Shown piece by piece: positions 49,060-61,160 of a DNA stretch of 64,000 nucleotides. Within the stretch, counting starts at the first letter, position 1; each line of letters begins with the position of its first letter. Under the pieces are notes generated by a model. It did not search any database. It was not told the origin of the DNA and saw only the letters and a program-made list of their open reading frames with translations. The DNA is from Chara braunii (lineage: Eukaryota > Plantae > Charophyceae). The DNA lies in assembly GCA_003427395.1 (NCBI GenBank), contig BFEA01000028.1, positions 2,241,001-2,305,000 of the forward strand. Reading direction: 5' to 3'. Both the position numbers and the translations under genes were made by a program.

Positions 49060-50889
49060 TTACTCTCCAATCTGTGCTCGGAGGCGAACTGCACGTCTTC
49101 CCTCCTCTGCAGCTGAAGCTGCCCTTTTTGAGATTTCTGCAAAGTCCCCTGCCATCATGGCTGCCCGGTCGAAGATCGCATCGGACAAGACGACAGCTAC
49201 AGCCCCAGCAGTGACGTATGGCTCTATCATGCTTACTGTTATGCCATGAGCAGGGATTAAGGGCACTTTGCCAAATGGCCTACACATCGCTTTAACAAAG
49301 TTCACCCCTCCAACCGCTGTGACAGGGAAGACCTTCACAGCTCGAGCTCCGCTCCTGGTGGCATTCATGAGCTCCGTGGGAGTCATGGCACCCGGAATCA
49401 GTAGCGCAGGCCCCTCCTTCAGCCATCCAACCAGATGTTCATCCATCCCAGGACTCATGAGGAACTTCGCACCCGCTTTAATGACTGAAGCAGCATCCAA
49501 CATGCCGAGAACTGTCCCCGCACCAATCAAAGCATTAGGATATTCAGCTACCAGAGTATGAATGATTTCATCTGCAGCAGGAGTTGTGAGGGGAATTTCC
49601 AGCACAGAAACAGATGCATCAAGAGCTGCACGTGCCGCTTGAAGTGCCACATCACTGTCATCTGCTTTCACACAAGCAATGATTCCAGACGCACGAATCC
49701 TCTCGAGGATCGCATCGAGAGCGGCTGCCCCTCGCCGATCCTCATCCTCAGTCAATGAACCTCTGCTGCTGCTCCTTGTGTCTCCTATGGAATCCCGACC
49801 AATTACGCTCAAGGCTGATCTGCCCAACAGCCCACTTGCTCTAGCAGTACTGCGGATGTCAGGATCACCAGGTAGCCATCCGGTCGGCTCCTTTCTCAGG
49901 ACTCCTCGAGGTTTTCGGCCCGGATCCCCGGTTACCGAGTACGGAATCGACTCGACCAAGGGGCGTGCTATTCCTCTCCTCTCTTCTCCCTCATTCAACA
50001 CTTCTGGCGAGCAATCTGGGACCTCATCATTCTCCTTGTCATTCGCAGAAGGACTTGGCCTTTCCATCTTGTACGGCCACCAATTCTCTTCCAGAGGGTT
50101 TTCAAAAGCATCCAAAGGGTTTTCAAAAGCATTACAACTGTTAGACCGGTGCTCCGGCTCTTCACCTTCTCTGCGCGTCTGCTGGCTGCCGCTTCCATCA
50201 AGAGAGACATGAGATGATTGTGAATCCTCATCTGTAACTTTCCACCCCGTCTCTAGTACACGCCTCACTCCCTCTGCTTGCTGCATCTGCCCTTTCCATA
50301 TTGTCTCAAGTGCTTCTTGATGGTATTCCTTATACCTTTCCCCCTCGGGGGTGCTCCCTGCCCACTCTTCCATATGATGAGGGTAGCTGTTCCCTCCAAC
50401 ATCGCTCCTCGGTTGTCTGAAGCCATGCAGGTGCAGCCTAGCACTGGGAAACACTATGGATCCAGTCAGAAACCTTCCCACCTTGGTGCAGACTGACTGC
50501 CGTGCTCTTCTCACAAGCCGTGGACTCGAATGACAATCCAAGTTCTGGTTCCGGGACGTTTTCCAGGAGCGTGATGTCCGAGACGACGATGGAAGCAACA
50601 ATGACGTCGCTCGCACTTCCAACCTGATACCGGCCTGGTGATGGGGGTCAGAAAGATTCAAAGGCGCCCTGAAACACAAAGGTACCCTGAAACCTTCACA
50701 GACTACCGATAAGATCTGGCGGTGATCCCTCGCGATCGAAAATGCACACTGCCCTGCAGTGCAAGTCTGCACACAGGAGCTGTGTGCCCCGGCATGGGAG
50801 GTGGAAAAACATTTTGTCCCCTTCCCCTGAGAAGCAAATGCAGCTGCGTAGCAGTACTTCATAGATTGTGGGCTGGTGATGGTGTGCAT
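49060..50889 (-). CDS. eda: KDPG/KHG aldolase (Entner-Doudoroff aldolase family) with ~390-aa N-terminal extension
   Basis: The C-terminal ~215 aa (about 49060-49720) contain SGIIACV, VLEIPLTT (catalytic Glu position), LIGAGTVL, AGAKFLMSPG, IPGAMTPTE and AVKVFP (Schiff-base Lys). Single open frame; first ATG at 50889. Confidence 0.88.
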   Translation of the reverse strand: MHTITSPQSMKYCYAAAFASQGKGTKCFSTSHAGAHSSCVQTCTAGQCAFSIARDHRQILSVVCEGFRVPLCFRAPLNLSDPHHQAGIRLEVRATSLLLPSSSRTSRSWKTSRNQNLDCHSSPRLVRRARQSVCTKVGRFLTGSIVFPSARLHLHGFRQPRSDVGGNSYPHHMEEWAGSTPEGERYKEYHQEALETIWKGQMQQAEGVRRVLETGWKVTDEDSQSSHVSLDGSGSQQTRREGEEPEHRSNSCNAFENPLDAFENPLEENWWPYKMERPSPSANDKENDEVPDCSPEVLNEGEERRGIARPLVESIPYSVTGDPGRKPRGVLRKEPTGWLPGDPDIRSTARASGLLGRSALSVIGRDSIGDTRSSSRGSLTEDEDRRGAAALDAILERIRASGIIACVKADDSDVALQAARAALDASVSVLEIPLTTPAADEIIHTLVAEYPNALIGAGTVLGMLDAASVIKAGAKFLMSPGMDEHLVGWLKEGPALLIPGAMTPTELMNATRSGARAVKVFPVTAVGGVNFVKAMCRPFGKVPLIPAHGITVSMIEPYVTAGAVAVVLSDAIFDRAAMMAGDFAEISKRAASAAEEGRRAVRLRAQIGE

Positions 50890-53805
50890 CCTTGCGCACG
50901 GGTGCAAGCAGATCAGATCAATATTTGCAACACCTCTCTCGATAACAAGGCAAAAAAGTGAAAAACTTGTTTTGGTAACAGTGAAAGCAGACGGATATTA
51001 ATTGTACACTTTATTCTTTTCAAGCTCTTGTCAAAGGATTCCGAGCATGTGCCCCGAGCCAACACCGAGGTTTCGGTGTGAATCTGATCAATGTCGATAC
51101 AGCGAAACCCCCACAGCCGTCATGCCAATGTAGATGGATGTCCATGCAACAACGTGACGTGCATGCCAAAGCCTATACACCTCTGAAGCCCTTAAGTACT
51201 TACACACTTAGAGCATTGCTCACACTGGGACTTCTTTTGCCGAAATCTGTTCGTAATTGTCGCCTGATACATACACAGAAGTACGAGTGTGAGGATGCTC
51301 TTATTCTCTTCTTGCCGCCGCACGTATGCTTAATTAATTACAGCTCCCTCCCGCCGCTCTACTTACAGCACTTGTTTCCCTGCTCCTGCACATCCTTCAA
51401 TGCAGTTCCATACCTGCAGTGCACATACATAAACCAAACCAGCCGCAGCACCTATGTACAGCCCCAAGCCACATTAACATACAACGCTCCCCTGCACGGC
51501 CCCGCACCCCCCCCCCGGCTGAATATAATATGCAACTTCACCTGCCATGCAGCAATATTTGCAACGCCACCTGCCACCGGCCATACAGCAATGTCCACTG
51601 TACAAACTACTAGCTATGGACTCTAGCAAAGGACCCTGCAATCAGGAAGGGGACGGATGAAAATCACCAAGGAAATCACGGAGCAGGCACTGGAGATTTA
51701 TAGCGCTGCATCCACAAGAGATAACTCCAACTCCAGGAATGCAGACAAACAGGTCAGATGCGAATCGCTGGGTTTGTGGGACTGAGCACCCCAAGCAGCA
51801 TTGCCCAACTGACAAGTATCTTGCGAATATATAGGACTAGCGGAGGGAGCGATAGGTGCAGAGAGATGGAGAGTAGATAGAGAAGTACCTGGGAGAAGAA
51901 ATAGACAGGTACTTAGGGAGATGAAAGAACTAGACGAGGAGGTGATGATGGGTGAAACCAGGAGGAAAGGGATGGTCAGTGGAGGACGAATTACTGGCAA
52001 GGGGCCTTGACGAATCCAACAAAGCTGCGTTTCCTAGTGTCCATGACACTGCCGCAAACCTACACTCACTACTGTCCTTCGGTTTAGAGTGGGGAAAGGC
52101 CCTAGTGATAGAAGACAAAGAAAGGGAAGAAGCAACCATATAGATTCTACAGCTATACCTCAGGTGATTGCTTGCCGACCGCATCCAAGAAACCAGATGA
52201 GCGGTCATCAAAGTTCAAGTGGAGAACCGACCACCCACTCACCCCACGGCAGTCGTTTCCCTCAAGCCACTGGACACCTCAAAGTCCCTGCTTGGCAACT
52301 GTAGAAGGGGTTGTGATGGTGAAAGAAGCTATACCAAAGACTTAACACTTGGCGTTCGCACGGAACGACAAGGAATAGACAACACCAAGTGTACAAGCGC
52401 ACAAACAAATGTGACAAAAGAGTCAAAAACGCAAACGCAACGCCAACGCCAGTCTGTATTTACGCACTCCACGGTGATCTCTCTACTACCTCATCACCTA
52501 CCAAGCACAACCAACTCGCCAACCATCCAATCAGAGAACTGTATGCTCGCTTGTGTTTCGCCCCTTCACGCCAAGATGATCTGCATTGCTGAGCAGCCCA
52601 ACAATTTTTCAAATCTCGAACGCGTTATGGGTTCGAGGAACCAACCAACAACTCACTGCCACCGCAACCCCTCTCGATCACAGGGGCCAAAACACCAGCA
52701 ACGTCAATTCACTGACAACACCAACCAGCAAAAGCCAAACCACCCCTAGATGAAAAGAGTCGTGCCCTCGAGCAGCAGCATCATATATACACCATACTGC
52801 TCTGCTCAGAGTTCAGCGCATGTCATTGAGGCCGCACACTCTGCCACACACACCAATCTGCCCCACACTGCTCTTGTCTCAAGCCCACTGCGGCGAGAGG
52901 CATTCGCCACAAAACTAAGCACAAGTGCTGCTCATTCGTGAGGACCACAACGGTTCTCACGCTCGTTTAGCTCATAGTAACAAACACAGAAACGTTCAAC
53001 ATGTTCCTCTGCTCAGTGTTCAGCGCATGTCATAGGGGCCGCACAAGCGGGCGTCCACACCAATCTTCCCCTCACAGCTCGTCTCACGGCCACTGAGTCG
53101 AGGCATTTGCCACGTCACTATGCAGAATACCTGTTTGCCAAGACCAGAACTTCCTTCACGCCCGCTTAGCCTGCAGTACCAAACAAGAAACACCCAATCA
53201 CTTTCTTATTAGATCCCTTCCTCGAAAGAACAACAACAAGAAGAACAACAATGGCAACAACAACCGCAAAGAGAAGAAGAACAACAACAACAACAACCCA
53301 AAACACGACAAAAACCAAAAAAAAAAAGAGAAGAAAAAGAAATGACAAGAAATTCCTCAAAAGAACAATGACAACAACAATCAATCAAGAGCAGAGCAAC
53401 AACAACAACAGCAACAAAGAGACAAGAAGAAAACATGAAATGGAATTCCTCAAAAGAACAACAAGAATGAAGACAAAGAACGAGCAGAGCAAAAAACAAC
53501 AAAAAGAAAAAGAATGTGAGACGAAGAAGAATTGAATTGAATCTTACGCTTCTCATGACGATCCCAAGAATCGAACACGTCCTCCCGGTCAGGAGGCTGG
53601 CACTCAACCAAACGGCTAAGTGGACTGGGGTGAAAGTTAAGCCCCAAGATGAGCACTTAACCCCACCCCAGCACAGGTACTCGTTTTTCCCCGTGACCCG
53701 GTGTACCCAGTCACACACACCCAACACAGGCGTCGATGCAGCCACCACACAATGTACGACCTCATTGCTGGTTGCTACGCAGCTAAGAGTTGAAGAAACA
53801 ACAGC

Positions 53806-53843
<38 letters not shown>

Positions 53844-54570
53844 CGAGAAGAAGAAATGAAACGAAACGGAAGTAACGAGGTCAATCACCACGTCTCCATT
53901 GACGTTACACAATCCAAGTTGACAACCTCACGGACATAGCCAATGCTCTAAGGGCTCCCAATCCTCGACGGGTTTCCGCTGGTTGCGCCCCAGCACGTAT
54001 CAAGAGGCGACCTCTCTCCCGCATCCACAAGAGCATTCCACCCTGAGCAAAGAGAAAGAAGAAGACGAAGAGAAGAAAAAGAAGAAGAAGAATTGCATTC
54101 CATCCATGATTCGATCTCAAGGACCGAACGCACGTACCTCCCACACGGGAGTCGAAACGCTCAACCGAACGGCTAAGCTGACTGAGGTGCAGGTTAAGCT
54201 CCAAGACAAAAACTACTTAACCCCACCCGAAAACGGATTTCGCAGTGTACTCAGTCACACTCACAACAGACCCGATGACCGACACAGGCTGTCGACGCAG
54301 CCAACACACAATGCGTCTCCGCACTGCTGGTTGCTACGCTAGCAAGAAATTGCATTTCATACCATGATTCGATCTCGAGGACCGAACACGCGACCTCCCG
54401 CAGGAGAGAACAAGAAATTGGAGAAAGCAGAAGAACAACAAGAAGAAGCAAAGGACGAAGAAATCAAGAGTAAAGTAATGGTACTCCATACATAACAGGA
54501 GCAGCAACAAGATAACTAACTATTGCTCAAGCCAACAGATCACCATCATCTAATGATGGCTTATTTCTTC

Positions 54571-54633
54571 TTTTTTTTTTCAAAAAATTTGGACCATTTC
54601 TCGATTTATGCGTGTCATCCTTGCGCAGGGGCC

Positions 54634-54665
<32 letters not shown>

Positions 54666-54683
54666 ACAGATGTCCCGAAGGAC
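54571..54683 (-). pseudogene. U6: Near-perfect full-length U6 copy with poly(A) tail and TSD (retrocopy)
   Basis: U6 body at 54683-54582, followed by G(A)10. Flanks are AATGATGGCTTATTTCTTC (54552-54570) and AATGATGGCTTTCTTC (54684-54699). No plant USE/TATA seen upstream. Confidence 0.93.
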
Positions 54684-55030
54684 AATGATGGCTTTCTTCA
54701 TTTTACGGGCCACCGAGTTTTCGACCTAGTCAGGCCATGGCGAAATAATGGCACAAAAAGTCACCGGAGCCACAGTCAGTCATTTGCTCAGTAAGGACGA
54801 CAACCTGGAACCCGTTGCAGCTTACTGTAAATTAAACAAAACAATAAATAAGGGAGGCATTGACGCAAACTTAAATTAAACAAAACAATAAGGGAGGCAT
54901 TGAAGCAAACTTAAATTAAACAAAACAAAAAGCGAGGCATTGAAGCAAAAACTTAAATTAAAAAAAACAAAGGACGATATTTGCTTCAATGCCTCCCTTA
55001 TTGCAACGTAGCCGAAAGTGCAGACGGCTA

Positions 55031-55139
55031 ACGACTTCACTCGAATAGAACGCCCGGTCATAATGGCTGTATCAAACAAGAGTCGACCAATATACAGCAG
55101 GTGTAATGAACCGGGGGCGTTCTATTCGGGTGAAGACGA
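55031..55139. mobile_element. TA-flanked palindromic MITE
   Basis: TA|ACGACTTCACTCGAATAGAACGCCC...GGGCGTTCTATTCGGGTGAAGACGA|TA. Confidence 0.75.
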
Positions 55140-55438
55140 TAGGCGAAAAAGTCCAGAGATTGCAAATCCCTACACGTGGGCCGAAGTGCAGATGGCTAGG
55201 GCGACAATTTGGCGCGCAGTGGACCTCTCCTTCTGTGCCCGCCGTCTCGCTTTTCGTCCTGTTTTTCCATTTGGCGCGCAATGCAACAGAATATGCCGTT
55301 GGGCGCTTCGGGAGACATCACAGCCATTAAAACTGGAAGGATAGAGAAAGGATTGATCGATTTTTTTTTTTTTGGGGGGGGGGGGGGGGGGGAAAGAAAA
55401 GATTAATCAATTAGCGCGGCACCTGACAATATCTGAAG

Positions 55439-55490
55439 AATGACATGCACAGATCCAGAAATGGTCCAAATTAAAAAAAAAAAAAAGAAT
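55439..55490 (+). pseudogene. U6: 5'-truncated U6 3'-end fragment with poly(A)
   Basis: ATGACATGCACAGATCCAGAAATGGTCCAAATT followed by a poly(A) run; matches the last ~35 nt of U6. Confidence 0.7.
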
Positions 55491-56146
55491 AAATAAAAAT
55501 TGGAGCGTCAAGAGAAAAGCGGCAAGGCAAAGAAGAACCAAATACGACCCATACGGCAGCAAACAAAATGCGCGTTAGGAGAATACCCAGTCCATGTGTC
55601 TGAATACTACAGCAACAATGTTGCACCTTCGTGTTCATAAATAGGTCATGAGGTCGAATCCTCGAAACAATCAGCCTGATGAGTACAACAATTTTAGGGG
55701 TTTAACCGCTTTCTACGGAAAAAAAAAAAGAAGGGAGCGATCGCCATTCCACCATCAATATGAGTTCTCATTCTCTCTCTCTCTCCCTCGGGGTCGGAGC
55801 GAATAAATAGAGGTTGGACGGCAAGAACTGAATGCGCACCAAACACAAAAAGGGAGAAAAATCCCCGTTCTTATGTCATATATTAAATTAATGAAATAGT
55901 GAGACATTCTAGGCTCTGAGCGATAAACTGCGTGCAGAGAGAGAGAGAGAGAGAGAGAGAGCGCAAAGGCGGAAGAAGACGAAACCAAAAAAGGGAAAGA
56001 AGGAAAACCCCGCCTGTTCATCACCTCTTATATATAGTCAAACAGAGATGCCCGGTAAACCGTAGGCAGAGAGGGAGAAGACGGCAACAAACGAGGGTAT
56101 ACCGCACGAACTGCGTGTGCACCCTCATCAACGAGATCATGCCATC

Positions 56147-56199
<53 letters not shown>

Positions 56200-56745
56200 G
56201 ACTCACGATTCCCGCACTCCTCCTGGCCCTCCGCAAACGTTCGTCTGCTGCCGCACTTCTCCGCTCAAGCAAGGATCCTTTCCGCAGGAAAAAACGTTTT
56301 TTCAGACGAAATTTGCGCGGGAATTATGACGATCGGTAAAAATCCTAGAGGAAAATTCTAGTGAGAGTATGCCTTTTTGAGGATCCGAAGGAAGACCGAC
56401 GAAGGCACTCGGATTTCTACCGATCATCGGTCTTCCTTCGGATCAAAATGCCCATTTTGATCCATTACTCTCACGGTAAAAATCGCACACACGGTGAGAA
56501 GAGCACAAGAGGAGAAGGGGAGAAGAGCAGAATGGAAAGGAGGGGAAATTACGGGGCAAGCGGAAACGGATAACGAAAGGCCATTCTGATCATAGATTTA
56601 CTACTCTAGGCATTTTCCTAAATTTGAAAGTCCATCTTCATCCTAAAATGGTGGCGGATGAACGGAGCTCAAAAAACAATATTAAAAAAATTGGTGGTCG
56701 ATGATGCCGAACGGAAGGAGAGAGGGGGAGGGGAAGGGGGGGGGG

Positions 56746-56806
<61 letters not shown>

Positions 56807-56890
56807 TCTAAGGACAGGACGATAAATGGCTGCGGGGTTATTGGAGTAAAAAAAAAAAAAAAAAAGTGGGGGGGGGGGGGGGACGGCGAC

Positions 56891-56929
<39 letters not shown>

Positions 56930-57546
56930 GCCGGGAGGAGGAGAATGACGCTACCTGCTCCCGTAGCTTGCTACATTGATTGAAAAAAACAAAAATAAAC
57001 TCAGCCTCCTTCACGATTCCTCATGCTCACCTACAGATTGACAGACGGTGGAGACCGGTGAGCCATTTCCCGCTTCCCTACGAAATAAAAAATCCCCCCC
57101 CCAAAAAAAAACAGCGCCCTCGCCGCCTCTCCTTCCTTTTTCTGCTCAGAACATACTCGTACTAGGACTTTGCTGGATGTATATGACTGCTTTTCTGACC
57201 CGGGGTGGACGCACCTGACCGCCATTACGTCCAGAGAGAAGTGCATAAAGTCCTAGTGTGACTATGCCCTCAATGTGAGAGCCCAGCCCCTAACTTCCCA
57301 ATCATTCACTTCTTTTTTTTTGTCGGAACACTCCTCGATTTGTGTGCGACTATCCCAATCATTCCCGAACTATTGCACAAGGCCCATTCCTGCTGATTAA
57401 CGCCTGGCCGCATCCCAGGGTAAAAACACCAGAAGGATGACTCGATTTTTCCCTGACTATGGCCCTCAATGTGAGTTTTCTGGTGTTTTTAGTGAGTGTT
57501 GGGTCGCCGCACTGCTCACGGATAAATCGTGTTTAATATGTCAGAC

Positions 57547-57632
57547 TTCTCGATTAGTGCGTGTCATCCTTGTGCAGGGACCATGCTAATCTTCTCTGTA
57601 CGTTTCCAAATTTAGCGGAGGTCCCGAAGAAC
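57547..57632 (-). pseudogene. U6: Diverged 3'-truncated U6 copy
   Basis: The reverse complement reads GTTCTTCGGGACCTCCGCTAAATTTGGAAACGTACAGAGAAGATTAGCATGGTCCCTGCACAAGGATGACACGCACTAATCGAGAA. Confidence 0.88.
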
Positions 57633-58457
57633 AATCCTCAGCGAATGTGTATGTATATCCCAAGGGTTATCCTCGACCAATCGTCGGAAAAAAAAAACAG
57701 AAAAATAAAGAAAAAGAAAACGAGAAAGAAAAAGAAGACGAAAAAGAAAAAGAAAAAAGAAAAGGAATGCTAAGTAAATCTTCTGTAATCGGATCGGTTA
57801 AATAAGTCTTCTGGGTTATCTTCCCAATTTTAGCGGGAGAAGACACGTGCGGTGAGAGAGGGGAGAGGAGGATGGATGGCGGGAAAAGGCACGTGCAGCG
57901 AGGCTCATCCTCTTCCGTCTCTCACTGCACGTGCCTGGATGGCGGGAAAAGGCACGTGCGAGGCCCATCCTCTTCCCTCTCACTGCACGTGCCTTCTCCC
58001 GCCCTTTGCGCGCGCGAGCACGCCCGAATCTCGAATCCCCCCACCCCCCTTCCCGCCCTTTCTCCCGTTTTTTCTCCCGTCCTTTCTCCCGCCCTTTTCA
58101 TGGCACCATCACGAGGCATGACATACTCGAGCCACAGACGACTTCGCGCACTCATTCTGGCGGGAAAAGATGCAATCATACAAGCACATCTGGGGTACTG
58201 CTTGTGTCCCATAGAGGGACAGGTACCGAGATCCAACCAAACACGTGCACAACGATAGAAGAGACAGAGGAGGAGAAGGAAAGGAGACGTCACTCAGCGC
58301 AGAGGACATGTCGACACCGAGAGAAAGTTCATCGCTGAGAGAGAGAAAGTTCATGGATGACAGATAGCTTGCCTGAGAGAAAGTCAATGCCGTTTCCAGC
58401 CACAGCAATTCGACGAAGAGCCGACGACCAATATCATTTCTTTTCTCGAATCGACCC

Positions 58458-59320
58458 CGCTCGTTCTGCCGCGCTTGTTCTGGCTCGTTCTGGGGCACCT
58501 TGCTCGTTCTTCCGCGACCGTTCTGCCTTGCCTTGCTCGTTCTTCTGCGCTCGTTCTGCCGCACCTTGCTCGTTATTCCGCGCTCGTTCTGCCGCACCTC
58601 GCTCGTTCTGCCCCACGTTGCTAGTTCTGCCGCACCTTGCTCGTTCGTCCGCACTCGTTTGCTCGTTCTTCCTCCGCGCTCCGCCCCGCTCCTTGCTCGT
58701 TCTTCCGCGCTCCGGCCCGCTCCTTGCTCGTTCTTCCGCGCTCCGTCTCGCTCCTTGCCCGTTCTTCCGCGCTCCGCCCCGCTCCTTGCTCGTTCTTCCG
58801 CGCTCCGCCCCGCTCCTTGCTCGTTCTTCCGCGCTCGTTCTGCCGCACCTTGCTCGTTCTGCCGCACCTTGCTCGTTCTGCCCCACGTTGCTAGTTCTGC
58901 CGCACCTTGCTCGTTCTGACCCACGTTGCTAGTTCTGCCGCACCTTGCTCGTTCGTCCGCACTCGTTTGCTCGTTCTTCCGCGCTCCGCCTTGCTCGTTA
59001 TTCCGCGCTCGTTCTGCCGCACTTTGCTCGTTCTGCCCCACGTTGCTAGTTCTGCCGCACCTTGCTCGTTCTTCGGCACTCGTTTGCTCGTTCTTCCGCG
59101 CTCCGCCCCGCTCCTTGCTCGTTCTTCCGCGCTCGTTCTGCCGCACCTTGCTCGTTCTGCCCCACGTTGCTAGTTCTGCCGCACGTTGCTCGTTCGTCCG
59201 CACTCGTTTGCTCGTTCTTCCACGCTCCGCCCCGCTACTTGCTCTTTGTTCCACGCTCCGCCTTGCTCCTTGCTCGTTCTTCCGCGCTCGTTCTGCCGCA
59301 CCTTTACTCGTTCTTCCGCC
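58458..59320. repeat. Complex higher-order minisatellite built on GCTCGTTCT(T/G)CCGC units
   Basis: Dozens of TTGCTCGTTC cores joined by a few alternative spacers. Confidence 0.9.
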
Positions 59321-59964
59321 TGGGTTCTGCAGCAGCTTGAATGTTCCCCTGGGCTCGATCAGCTAAGGTCGATGCCCCTTTAGTTGGCGCCCAGAGGAAG
59401 CTACCAAAACAACGCTGGCAAAAGATCCACCGCTCCCACACAAAAAGAAGAGAGAAAACGAAAAAATCTACCACGGGATAATCCTACCGCTACCTGAACA
59501 CCTTTGAAGATCCGACCGCTGTCGAAGAAAACGCAGACACACACCAAAAGTCGCAAGCACGTCAGTGGGCAGTCTGCGCAACGTTTTTGTGTACGATTGT
59601 ACGGCCGCATCGGGGCATGACACCACCGTGGATTCTTTGGCCACGCTCGGGCTTTTTGGACAGTGGACAGAGAATACACCGCGGTAGCTTGGCGGCTGGA
59701 AAGCCTTTGGAAACAATGCAGTGAAGCCGGAAGAGACAGTGGACCCCGCACGACAGGATGCAGTGAAGCCGGAAGAAACGGTGGACCCACCAGTACCTAC
59801 CGGTATGCCGAACCTTGCCGAGCCTCGAGCTACCGGTAGGTACACATCAAAAAAAAAAAAAAAAAAAAGACGACGTTCTTCTGCCAAAAAATAAAAGAAA
59901 TTGAAACAAAGAGAGAGAGCGAGAGAGAGAGAGTGAGAGAGCCGGCGGGACCCCGCCGGCTCTC

Positions 59965-60036
<72 letters not shown>

Positions 60037-60166
60037 TGTGTGTGTTCGGCGTGCACACTTGCAAGATTCGAATGAATCTCCCCGCTTCCAGGGGAAGAGT
60101 CATCCACCCTCCACCAATTCGCAAAATGAGAATGAATCTTCCCGTGGAAGCGGGGAGATTCATTCG

Positions 60167-60234
<68 letters not shown>

Positions 60235-60339
60235 TGTGTGTGTCTGTGTGTGTCTCTGGTCGGCGCACACTTGCAGGATTCGAATGAATCTTCCCGTGGA
60301 AGCGGGGAGATTCATTCGAATCCTGCAAGTGTGTGCGGG

Positions 60340-60376
<37 letters not shown>

Positions 60377-60564
60377 GAGTTTGGTTGGCGCAANNNNNNN
60401 NNNNNNNNNNNNNNNNNNNNNNNNNNNNNNNNNNNNNNNNNNNNNNNNNNNNNNNNNNNNNNNNNNNNNTCTCTCTCTCTCCCTCTCTTTTTTTTTTTTT
60501 TTTTTGGAAATCTGGTATCTGTATTGAATAATGAGCCGCGAGGCCGGGGACCTCACAATTCTAC

Positions 60565-61150
60565 CCCGATACTGAGGCCAATACTCAGCTTAGGCACACA
60601 TTGGGTCCACTTATCTGCAATAAGACCTTCGGCTAGACTACCTTCTGTGAAAAGGGTATCTTGCTGGAAAGCAGGTCCAGCGTCCTTACTCTGTTTTATT
60701 CTATCTCTGTGGATCCTAAGTCCACTTCTAGAGGTAACTGTGTCACACCAAGCAACCTCTTTGCTGGAAACCAGGTCCAACGTCCTTATTTGTCCTTGTA
60801 AAAGTAGTGGACTGACGCTCTGATACCCAATACCATGTACCCAGGTACTGAGGCCAATAAACAGCTTAGGCGTGTGCTGGAAAGGAGGTCCAGCGTCCTT
60901 TAGATCCACATTGGGTCCACTTGTCTGCAGTAGAGCCTTCGGTTAGACTACCTTCTATGAGCTTCTCTTGCTGGGAAGCAGGTCCGTCATCCTTACTCTG
61001 TTCTATTCTATCTTTGTGGTTCCTAAGTTCATGTCTAGAGGTAACTGTGTAACACCAAGTAACCTCTTTACTGGAAACCAGGTCCAGCGTCCTTATTCGG
61101 CTTTGTAAAAGTAGTGGACTGACTCTCTGATACCTAATACCATGTATTAA
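60565..61150. repeat. ~300-bp tandem duplication carrying five GCTGGAAACCAGGTCCAGCGTCC-like motifs
   Basis: 60597-60850 is repeated at 60907-61150; the motif equals the TIR core of the 34774 element. Confidence 0.8.
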
Positions 61151-61160
61151 GAGTACTATA

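Noticed and set aside
51640-52310. Decayed LINE ORF2 on the plus strand
   Set aside because: Only faint similarity (GEPTTH...HLK) across stops and frameshifts; too weak to annotate.
54582-54683. Functional U6 gene
   Set aside because: The sequence is near-perfect, but it has a poly(A) tail and TSD, and no USE/TATA is visible upstream. Treated as a retrocopy.
58458-59320. CRISPR array
   Set aside because: The repeats are ~10-14 bp, the spacers recur, there are no cas genes, and the context is eukaryotic.
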